The notes under the pieces are model-generated. The model did no database searches. It saw nothing but the letters and a program-made list of their open reading frames with translations, and was not told the DNA's origin. Below, piece by piece: positions 1-9,324 of a stretch of 22,184 nucleotides of DNA (positions within the stretch are counted from its first letter, which is position 1; each line of letters begins with the position of its first letter). The DNA comes from Ginkgo biloba. Taxonomy: Eukaryota > Plantae > Ginkgophyta. The stretch is from NCBI GenBank assembly GCA_024626585.2, contig JANKJI020000002.1, positions 241,726,982-241,749,165 of the forward strand. Direction: 5' to 3'. The translations under genes and the position numbers were made by a program.

Positions 1-545
1 GCTATAACTATTAGAGTTAGAAAAGTATTAAGTGTAGTTTTTCCCCCTTTTCCTTTTATAATATATTTACATGATGATAATCTTCATGCTCCAATAGAAC
101 CAAAGACGATTGAGCTCCTGAGTTGGTTAGTCATGGTGGTGGGGACAAGGCCTAAGAATTCTCCCAGCTCATGTATACAGGGATTGTTCATACCTATGAG
201 ACTTCTNNNNNNNNNNNNNNNNNNNNNNNNNNNNNNNNNNNNNNNNNTTATAACACAAATTGGGGGTCATTCTAGGATAAATCCATGTAATGACTCTCGA
301 TAGTATTTTGGGTAAAATAGGGTTAATAAATCAATAATCGTTCTTCTCAACACACACTATGTAATTATTTTACCATATCTAATCAAATAGCCACCTAATC
401 TTGTTTATATGTAGGTCTCTGATATTTCTAAAATCCTTTAAGAGAAGTCCTCTCCAAAATTCTTCCTCAAGCTTCATAAAGATCAATACAAGATCCCCAT
501 AGGCTCCTCCTTGACAAAATCCTGTTAAAACCTTAGAAATCTCAC

Positions 546-577
546 CACCACTAATTTACTACCATAAATTAGTGGTG
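546..577. repeat. Perfect 13-bp inverted repeat with 6-nt loop
   Basis: CACCACTAATTTA (546-558) / loop CTACCA / TAAATTAGTGGTG (565-577). Confidence 0.85.
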
Positions 578-1200
578 CCACTTCCATGCACACTATTCAA
601 CGATGTCCTCTAAAACCACACACGTAAAAGAATAAAATAAAATAAAATATTTTATAGTTGAGGTTGTTGCCAATGAATTTTAGGTTGCCCAAAACTGTCC
701 AGATCAACCAAAATCCCACCATTGATCTTCATAAAGTGTTAAACATCCATTGCATTAGTTTTCCCCTCAATATCAATCCTAAACCTTATAAATAGAGCAA
801 TAATTGAGGCATTATGGGTCCAACCTTTGAGTAATATTATGCTTTCAAACTTTAATCTCTATACTCTATCATGATCTATCTCACATTACATCCTTGAGTC
901 CATCTTTAGCATATTTTTTCTCTATTATAGTCTTTTGTCCTTGTTTAGGCCCGTAGAAAGCCTAATTTCAAGGATTCCTCGTTCATAGCAGTAAGAAACC
1001 TTGGTTCTCTCTACCAACTCTTGATTACTAGATTCTTGGCCTTCCTCTCTTGTAGATTTGGTGAAGATTTAGAGCTTCGAGGAGATTTTAAGGCTTTTAA
1101 NNNNNNNNNNNNNNNNNNNNNNNNNNNNNNNNNNNNNNNNNNNNNNNNNNNNNNNNNNNNNNNNNNNNNNNNNNNNNNNNNNNNNNNNNNNNNNNNNNNN

Positions 1201-1650
1201 AGGACTTATTTTCACCATAAGGAGGAGCTAATAGGATCATGTCATGTGTCATGCCCTCGTGATCTCTCATACCCATGGAATATTGAACTTAGTTTCTCAA
1301 ATTTCAAACTGCCATGAGATAGGGAGTCATGAGATTATTCCACATGGCATGATCTTGGGGCTCTTGGAGCTCACAAACCTTTGCCAAGTTATTTTGGGGT
1401 CTTCCTTCATCCTGAGAATGAGTTGAGGGGATAAATCCACTTGTCATATCCTCACATTTCCTCATGCTTGCAAGCCTTTGAACTTAGTTTCTTGAGTGCC
1501 TAACCATCATGAGAATGGGAGCCATAGGATTAAGACATGTGGCACCATCTTAAGATCTCTAGGGATCTATCAAACTTTACCAAGTATTTGGGGTTGTTAT
1601 AGGAGAGAGCTTACAGGATCTTGCCACATGGTTGCATATCATGTGCTTTG
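1201..1650. repeat. Degenerate ~195-bp tandem repeat (~2.3 copies), probably within LTR-retrotransposon non-coding sequence
   Basis: TTGAACTTAGTTTCT at 1283 and 1478; CCAAGT..TTTGGGG at ~1384 and ~1580; AGGAG.AGCT.A.AGGATC.TG at ~1220 and ~1601. Confidence 0.7.
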
Positions 1651-2049
1651 GAGCCTACGTTCAATAAAACTTCATAAAGACCTGTGAAAAGCATAATTTT
1701 CTACAAAATAAAAATAAGAAAAAATAAAAGAGGGAAGAGTGCCATGTGTCTACCTCCTATCAAAGTGTATATTCCTCAAAAAATGCTAAGGTATTCTTGG
1801 GGATTCTTACTCTATTATGCACTCATTCTCCCTAAAATCTCTAGTTTCTATGGGATATACAAGCAGGACCTATTATGGGACCTCGAGGTAATGCACGAAG
1901 GTGGATTGGCCAATACTGGGGATTCTTATGCATATAGATGTAAGGAAAATAATCTAGAGAGTTTCAAGATTGAAGCTTAGGTTTCAGAATAATATGGAAA
2001 TATAGATGAGATCCTTGCATAGCGAATCCATATCTCTTTTAAAATGATG

Positions 2050-2077
2050 GCCCTCGCTTTATGAGTAAAGGGGGGCA
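2050..2077 (+). mobile_element. Possible polypurine tract of an LTR retrotransposon within a small hairpin
   Basis: GCCCTCGCTTTA..TAAAGGGGGGCA followed by TATTG. Resembles the AAAG(T/G)GGGGGCA PPT of Tat-type gypsy elements. The matching LTR was not identified. Confidence 0.35.
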
Positions 2078-2336
2078 TATTGGGCAACAACAGGTTGCAC
2101 ATTAAATCACATCTATTAGAACTAAGAAATCTAAGACATTGCCAAAGTAGGTGAAATTGGGTCCTATAGTTAGTTGTTGCCTAATATTTTTTTTATGACT
2201 TATTATATTTTGTGTATAGTTTATTTATATACATTGGATTTAATCACACACAATTTAGGAGGAAAGTATCATCACTCAAGTCAACTAACAATATTCACTC
2301 GAGTTCAAAGTCTTACTTGCAAAAACCTAGTAATGT

Positions 2337-2590
2337 CACTACAACAAAAGATTATACTTTAGAAGTAATGGATTGAAAAATCCTATAAATACACAAATCA
2401 TCCCATAAACAATTTATGAGCATCACAATTCATCAAATATTTAAGAACCTTATAATGCATCAAAAGCTCTTGATTTTCATAGCCCATCAACAATTCTTGA
2501 TTTTAGAGTTATGATGGATAAAGAAACTACATTGTGATTAGTGCTTAAATTGTCTACATTAGTTATAAGTTATGGAGTCACTCCATTAAT
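2337..2590 (+). mobile_element. Left terminus of a decayed CACTA (En/Spm-type) DNA transposon
   Basis: CACTACAACAAAA at 2337-2349 is a canonical 13-bp CACTA TIR. It is followed by short direct and inverted motifs (GTAATGGA, ATGATGGA, CCCATAA, CCCATCAA, TCCATTAA) consistent with CpG-deaminated GACGGA/TCCGTC subterminal repeats. No partner TIR seen. Confidence 0.55.
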
Positions 2591-4220
2591 GAGAGTGTAA
2601 GTGAATATTGAACATTAATTAAAAGAGGAAAAAACTTCTTCTAATAATCTCATCTTTGGATCTTCTTTTGTTCCAAACAAGAAAGAATATATTTTGGGGT
2701 CTCTAATTTTACTAGACAATAGGTTAACAAGGGTGTTGAAACATTAAAGATAAAAATTTAATACCAAAATCAAAATATATCTCATATTGGGACTAACAAA
2801 AGAAAAAAAAACATTTGGTCCTTTGCTACTATTGAAAAAAAATCAAAGATGGAATTTGAAACATCAAATGCCAAAAAAAATCATGAAAATATTTGAAAGA
2901 AAATGGAACAAAGTCCTTTTCAGTTATGAAAATAAGGCACAAGTAATCTATCAAGCCTAAAAGATTTAGGGCCTTTTCTATGCACACTAAAACTATAAGC
3001 AATCATGCATGCTTAAGATTAAACTAGAAGCATGCATATTGAAGTTCATGATTTCTTCTCACATTTTACAATTATGATGCTAATCACATGAAACATCTCC
3101 CATGATTAGACATTTGCTAAATTGACATCAAATGTCATATTGTTGTTAAATCATGCTTATCATTATTTTGTTGGTTTGTAGAAGTTATAATTCGAAATGC
3201 TTGGCATTTAAAATTATATTTATTACTTTGTTGTAAACTTCTTGACAACCCCTATAAGAGGTAAGTATTCTAGGCATGTTTCAACATGAGTATTATAATC
3301 CAAAAGCAAAGCTTTATTAAAACTAAGAAAATAAGAATTTGAGCACAACCTAATTGCTAAAAGTCACTTTGAGAAGTAAAAAGAAACCTTTAACAAGCAT
3401 CAAGGATACACCTCATGAGTAAGAAATGAGATAATGTTCATCATGTTCATTTAATGCTCTTATTTATTGTGTTCTTTCAATAATTTTGGCACCTAATAAA
3501 GCAATAATGAAATTTTACTCATATAAGTATAACCACAAATATTAGATGTGCTTTACCACATATAAATACTGAACTGATATACAATATGGACAAGGTTAGG
3601 CAATCCACATTTTAATCCTTTCTAGTTTGGGCATTAATTTTTAATAGGCAAAGAAATTCTAAGAGGAGACAATAAATATAAATTTCTGAATGTCGTTTGC
3701 ATTAAATATATAACCTCCAGATTGTCACAAGATCGTTTCATCTTTAATTTATTCCCCCTTTCAATTTTTCAGATATAATAATATCATATGTGAATTGTCT
3801 CAAATTAACATCAAATCAAAATCTTTTCGATTAGATATTTGGTAATTAGTTAATACAATAATATCAATTAGCATTTATTTTGAATAATATGTGGAGAATG
3901 GGACCTTAACAAAATCCATTACCCTTACACGATTTTGTTCCCAAAGTCGAATCTTTAGTCACTAACAACGTATCTTATCAACTATATTATGCAATGTCCT
4001 TGGTCAAGTACTTATAGATGTTTCATTTTCCTCTTTTTTATCCTTTTCGTTGCATGTACTTGTATAACTCGCGCTAGCCACATAATTGCATAATCTTTAA
4101 ATCGTAAGTGTTTGTGTGATTCCTCATGTTGCATATTATAAATTTTGTCATCATGGATATAAATGCATAATATTCTTGCTAATGAGAGGTGACCTTCTTC
4201 TTCTCTACAATGCTTGCCTC

Positions 4221-4334
4221 TATGGTGGGTGAAATATCTACCGCATAATAAGTCATCCTATGGTAAGTGAAATATCTAGGGCACAATAAAATAAGATATG
4301 GTTGGTGAAATATCTACCACATTCTAATGAATTT
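4221..4334 (+). repeat. Three 38-bp tandem units, each with TATGGTnnGTGAAATATCTA (evening-element-like AAATATCT core)
   Basis: Units start at 4221, 4259 and 4297. GTGAAATATCTA at 4229, 4267 and 4305 (exact 38-bp period). The 3' halves of the units have diverged. Confidence 0.85.
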
Positions 4335-4390
4335 AAAAATTACATAAATACGATCAATCGATAAATTTCAAAAAGGGTGTGAACAATACA

Positions 4391-4540
4391 CCTTTCAACT
4401 TACATAGCACGCGGCACCGTACAATTGGTTCAATGTTATGTGATGTTCAATTTATAGCACACGGAAGTGTGCAAGTGGTTTAATGTCCAATGATAGAACG
4501 TTGAGTCAATTGTATGGTGTAGCATGTTGTAAGTTGAAGG
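4391..4540. repeat. ~45-bp unit present twice direct and once inverted, forming a ~150-nt foldback
   Basis: Arm 4391-4437 (CCTTTCAACTTACATAGCACGCGGCACCGTACAATTGGTTCAATGTT) pairs with 4497-4540 (AACGTTGAGTCAATTGTATGGTGTAGCATGTTGTAAGTTGAAGG). A middle direct copy lies at ~4446-4486. Confidence 0.8.
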
Positions 4541-4765
4541 ACATATAAAAAAGACGGGGTGAAAGGAGTTCTCATTAATTAATACGTGTTTTCACATAGA
4601 AAGAATGGGTGAAAGGAGTCCTCTCACGTGTTTATTGCGAATTGATATTTTTTCATTGGTGTAATAATTTAGATGACAAACTCTATCAGTAAACCACACT
4701 TCGCTGTACAGTCAAATGGTAACACTAGCTATCGGCGCAAATCAACGCCTATAAAAGGCGTTGTA

Positions 4766-5030
4766 CTAGTAGGGTTCATTCCAATACATATCTGCTCTTT
4801 TGAAGAATTCTTCTTTGAATGTTGGAAAGATGTTCAGCTTGTTGTCATTTCTGTCTAACCATCTCATTGCCCAGGCATGAGAAGCTCCTTCCATGAATTG
4901 TATGGCCGTCCATATTTTAGTATAGTCTTCATTAAATCTATATTGGTGTAATTCCATACTTATTTTATCCATCCATTTGTGTGGTTCCAAATTTCCATTG
5001 AAAGAGTAGTTTGGTAGGTTGACTTAGGTT
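4766..5030 (-). mobile_element. Ty3/gypsy-type Gag (capsid) fragment
   Basis: Translation (LPNYS)FNGNLEPHKWMDKI..EDYTKIWTAIQFMEGASHAW..FPTFKEEFFKR fits the retrotransposon gag pattern F.G...W...D..K...A...L.G.A..W...FK..F..R. Truncated, with an N-gap on the 5' side. Confidence 0.7.
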
Positions 5031-6342
5031 ATAACCGATGCGATTAAATGTTCGACTTGTTCCTCCATTGTCATTAGGGNNNNNNNNNNNNNNNNNNNNN
5101 NNNNNNNNNNNNNNNNNNNNNNNNNNNNNNNNNNNNNNNNNNNNNNNNNNNNNNNNNNNNNNNNNNNNNNNNNNNNNNNGTGAATGATCTGTCTAATTCA
5201 CCTTATTCCATGTTAGGTCTAGATCTCTTTCAAAGATTTTCTTCCTAGAGAGAATAATTTATTTTATTACTATGTGTAATTGATCATATGCGCTCATTTC
5301 TCATAATATTTGATAGATTAAACATGATTTAAACACACCTACCAATTTATATCCTTTCTCCATCCAAACATAAATACTTTCATAAAATATAATGTGATTC
5401 TTAGTTTATGGAGGGTCGACATTATCCATCAGGTCTAATAGTACTTTCTAATATTTATAGCTTACTAATATTATCCATTGCTCATGCACTCTAAAATATT
5501 ATGATATTCAATAGAATTATATATTATAGACTCTTAATTTAATATACATTATTTTTTAATGTACCCATCATATTCTTCATCAAAGTTGGTTTAGATAGAT
5601 ATCACTACTTCAAATCAAGGATTTTCCCCTTCATTACTTACATCCACAATCCATGTTCAGTGGTTTTCTTTTCAATTTTTATCTTCTTCTCCACTACTCC
5701 TTGGTGAATAATATCCTATTTGGATAAAATATCCTCCTTATTATATTTAAGGAAAATATTTTTTCTTGTAATATGGAATTACTTTATTCTAATTTGATTT
5801 CTTGGATTTTTTATTTTGAGATGTAAAATAGTTGAAGAAAATGTTATCCACTATGACAAGCCTTTAGAGTTCCTATAGGAAAATATTTATTTTGAGATGC
5901 TTCACAATGTATCAACTTTGTTGGACATCCTATGGAAAGGAAACATGTTAAAATTGGCCATGTATTCATTTAAAAGAAAATAAATTTATTCTAAATTTCC
6001 ATGGGCTTGCTACAAATAAAAAAAAAAAAATTATAGTCGTAACTCTTAATAATTTCTTTACTTATTGAATAGGTAAAATAAAATTCGTTGCAAATAATTT
6101 GATTCAAAACTATGATTAGCTAAGATAATTAATTTAATAGATGAGCCTTGGCTCAGATCTCAAGTACATAATATAATATTATATCTCAACTAGGAGGGAG
6201 ATAGCATATGGTTTTATGGGTTCTAATCATTTTGAGGAGTATNNNNNNNNNNNNNNNNNNNNNNNNNNNNNNNNNNNNNNNNNNNNNNNNNNNNNNNNNN
6301 NNNNNNNNNNNNNNNNNNNNNNNNNNNNNNNNNNNNNNNNNN

Positions 6343-7535
6343 CCTGGATAATTCTATAGACCATGGTTTGAGAAGTGAAATGTCCTCCATAAATTCTCAA
6401 ATAGAATTCAATCAAAACATTTTGTGCTTGGTCCTCTTAAAATAATATTAGTAGTAGGCCATCATAAATTATTTTGAACAATATTTTATCGACTATAACA
6501 AAGTTGATAACTTTGAGCTTCAATGTTCTTTTTTCCTTTCTATTTAGGCCTTTTGGGAAATTCCCATGAAATAAGTAATATATTATTTCCTGATATTTTG
6601 GAAAAGAATCCAATGAGCTGATCTTGATTTCATTATTAATTACATGAACTCTTTCTTCTTGAGAAGATGTCTCCTTGAATGAGTCTGATGCTAATTTATA
6701 TAGTCCTTGGCCTTTGATAATTTTGGTATGCCTTACATCTAAGTCATACTCTTAAATCTTAGTTATCCAACTTGCCCATTTTTTGCTCAACTCTTATTGA
6801 TTCAGCATTAATTTAATTGAAGCTAAGGCTATATAATCCACCATTNNNNNNNNNNNNNNNNNNNNNNNNNNNNNNNNNNNNNNNNNNNNNNNNNNNNNNN
6901 NNNNNNNNNNNNNNNNNNNNNNNNNTAATCCTTTAAGACTATTCTCATAAAGGAAATAGGTCATTCATGATTATCATTATCCTTCTACAATAGTGCGACA
7001 ACAACTTCTTTCTCTAAAGCTTGTGAATAGATGATGAAATCTTTGTTAAAATCAAGAGCAACCAAAATTAGAGCTATTATGAGAGCTTATTTAATCTTTA
7101 AAAAGGATTATTTTTCTTCATTAGTCCATTTAAATTCCATATCTTTCTTCAACATTCAGGTGATTGTCCAGACTATGTCAGCAAAATTATGGATAAATTA
7201 TATTACAATATTTACTTTCNNNNNNNNNNNNNNNNNNNNNNNNNNNNNNNNNNNNNNNNNNNNNNNNNNNNNNNNNNNNNAAGACTAAATTAACTTTCCT
7301 CACTCTAGATCTATACAAGATCCTTCCTTGGTAACAATGTGTCCTAATAAATTTCCTTTTGTCAATCCCAAGATTGACTTCTTTAGATCAAGAGAAATGC
7401 CAAAGATTTTGCATTTTAAAAATATCATCCTTACATGATCTATGTGATCTACCCTTCTCTTGGAAAAATTAGTTAGGTCATACAGGTAGATTGCAATGAT
7501 TTCCCCAACAAGTTCCCTCAATGCAAAGTCCATGG
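6343..7535 (-). mobile_element. Degenerate Ty3/gypsy pol fragment: reverse transcriptase, RNase H and start of integrase
   Basis: RT: MDFALRELVGEIIAIYLYDL (YLDD decayed)..GISLDLKKS..LLGHIVTKEG. Thumb/RNase H: FIHNFADIV..MLKKDMEFKW..LDFNKDFIIYS..ALL*K..E*PISFM; then WITKI*EYDLDVRHTKIIKGQGL. Integrase zinc region: EFYLRIYGGHF..YRII. Many in-frame stops; domain order RT-RH-INT is gypsy-type. Confidence 0.95.
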
Positions 7536-7635
7536 NNNNNNNNNNNNNNNNNNNNNNNNNNNNNNNNNNNNNNNNNNNNNNNNNNNNNNNNNNNNNNNNN
7601 NNNNNNNNNNNNNNNNNNNNNNNNNNNNNNNNNNN

Positions 7636-7928
7636 GTGAAATATCTACCTCATACTAATAAAGGGATATTGAACCAACTGCACGGTGCCACGTGCTATAA
7701 GTTGGAGAACGCATAGAAAGAGAGAGCGGTGAAATATTTACTTCTTACTACTAATGAATTTAAAAATTACGTACATAGGTGCCATCTATCGATTTCAGGG
7801 TGAAAGAGTCCTCACTAATTAATACTTGTTTCTCGTGTATGTACCTCCTCGACCGAACTGATATTTTTCATTGATTTCGGAGAGGTGTAATAATTTTCAT
7901 GACAAAGATCAGTAAACCATACTTCGCT
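7636..7928 (+). promoter_or_regulatory. Promoter-like module, copy 2, immediately upstream of the AKR fragment
   Basis: GTGAAATATCTACC at 7636 and a variant at ~7729; G-box/ABRE GCCACGTG at 7687-7694 inside an inverted copy of the 45-bp unit. Homology to copy 1 ends at CTTCGCT (7922-7928), 31 nt before the ATG. No TATA box in this copy. Confidence 0.6.
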
Positions 7929-7959
7929 TTTAATTCTTTGGTGTTAGTATTGAGCAAAG

Positions 7960-8292
7960 ATGGCAAGTAAGGGAGAAATTGCAGCAACTCTGAATAAAGG
8001 CATAAAAATGCCTATATTCAACTTTGGTTTGGCTTCAGATGCTACCATGAATGGCAAGGGCTCTCACCCAGATCACCATATTCAAGTTGTTGTGCTCACA
8101 GCCTTACAGGTGACCTTTGTCTAACCAAACTTTGCATTATATAATATGTCAAAAGTACATATGTAAAGATTCTAATGGGATTTTGTAGCATTGAACAACG
8201 TAGGTTGGTATCGAACCTTTGACACTGCAAGTGTATACTTTTCAAAACATTCGTTGGAAAAATCTCGAAAGTCAAGAATGTTTGTGGTTTGA
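7960..8292 (+). pseudogene. Aldo-keto reductase (plant AKR4A/4B-like) 5' fragment: exon 1, intron and frameshifted, truncated exon 2
   Basis: Exon 1 (7960-8109) = MASKGEIAATLNKGIKMPIFNFGLASD..VVLTALQ. Phase-0 intron CAG|GT 8110..8203 TAG|. Exon 2 GTTGG-TATCGAACCTTTGACACTGCAAGTGTATAC = VG/YRTFDTASVY (consensus VGYRHFDTASxY, catalytic Asp and Tyr) with a 1-nt deletion after VG. The AKR frame stops at 8290-8292 and no later AKR motifs were found. Confidence 0.85.
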
Positions 8293-8408
8293 CGTTTTTA
8301 ATGTAGTCAACATTAAAAATGACAAAGTTGGTGCATATTTCATGTGCTTCCCGATTATCTGCGACCTCTCCTTTTATATATGTATATATACACGCGTACT
8401 CCCCACAT

Positions 8409-9025
8409 TTCTCAAACAAAGCTTTATGCTTTGACATTAGTTTTCTTGTTGGAAGTCCTGTCAAGGCCTCTGTATTGGGAGGTACATTTGTGAGTACCAC
8501 TCACACAGACTGGCCATCTTATATGCGTTGGCCTCTAATCAATTGGGATCAGCTCTATTTTTGGTTTTGATATTCAAGACAAACCGGCTATGGTGACGAA
8601 GAAAGCTACTTTAAAACATTCTTGTTTCTCTTGCTTTGGGTGGAGTTCAATGCAAACTTAAACACAGTTATTCAAAGATTCAAGTCTACATCCTTTCCAT
8701 GTGTTCAATTTTATTTAAAAATGGGTTAAATTGAACACATATTTGTTCACCAATTATCATACTTCAATTTTTTTATGGAGAACATTTTCCAATTCATCTT
8801 ATAATTTTGGTGTGAACAATTTATTTTTATGAACATTTTTATTTCCATATTGATCTCTGATAATCTAGTTCAAGTTTGTCATGTGGGGAGGGTAAGTATT
8901 GCATCATCTTAATATTCATAATTAACTTGATACGGTTGATGGTGCAGGAAATCAACTCGAACGTGTTCAAAGTAATGTTGGAGTCCGAAATGAAGTATTT
9001 TGTCACCTCTAAAGTTTAGATTCCA
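8409..9025 (+). pseudogene. Two-exon BTB/POZ-domain gene fragment
   Basis: Exon A (~8409-8477/8489) = FSNKALCFDISFLVGSPVKASVL(GGTF); GTGAGT donor at 8490 (phase 0). TGCAG acceptor ends at 8947. Exon B (8948-9025) = EINSNVFKVMLESEMKYFVTSKV*IP. Matches the BTB pattern D(I/V)xFxV...AHxxVL-xxxSxVFxxMLxSxMxE....I. The HK/HR residues are missing and there is a stop at 9017. Confidence 0.6.
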
Positions 9026-9324
9026 AGTGAAAACAAATAGCAAATTATTTGTGAGATTATTTTGCAAGAAAAAATTATTTGCATTTATAGCGTTAATCAA
9101 TGATATCATTTATAAAACTCTTTTGAAATCAAATAATTCAATATTACTGTGTCTTGCTCATTGGCTCGTTATATGAATACAATAAAATAATAATAATATT
9201 AGTGGATGCACTTAGTCCCGAGACTCTCATCATTACACAGAATTTATGTTATAGCTCCCAATAACTGATTTTAGTCAAATGTTTTATTGAAAATTTTGCC
9301 ATAATAGTCATGACAAATGCCATG

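Larger units (their letters stand above)
4221..4769 (+). promoter_or_regulatory. Orphan promoter-like module, copy 1 (paralog of 7636-7928), ending in a TATA box within a palindrome
   Basis: Shares GTGAAATATCTACC, CTAATGAATTTAAAAATTAC, GGGGTGAAAG(G)AGT.CTCA.TAATTAATAC and GATATTTTTCATTG..GTGTAATAATTT..ATGACAAA..ATCAGTAAACCA.ACTTCGCT with the region directly upstream of the AKR ATG. TATAAAA at 4750-4756. CpGs retained. Confidence 0.6.

Noticed and set aside
4221-4334. CRISPR-like repeat-spacer appearance
   Set aside because: Only three units with ~20-bp conserved and ~18-bp variable parts that are related to one another, no cas genes, and a plant nuclear context with spliceosomal introns.
5180-6242. 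Possible additional coding remnant between gag and pol
   Set aside because: Stop-riddled in the frame examined and no motif could be recognised.
8096-8500. 134-aa minus-strand ORF, the longest gap-free ORF in the track
   Set aside because: Antisense to the AKR intron/exon 2 and BTB exon A, with no recognisable motif; probably a shadow ORF.
8975-9019. Continuation of AKR (RNEVF-VTSKV* resembling REEVFVTSKLW)
   Set aside because: Requires a frameshift and lies ~700 bp from exon 2. The unshifted frame after a TGCAG acceptor gives a longer BTB match that also fits the upstream exon. Not fully excluded without an HMM search.
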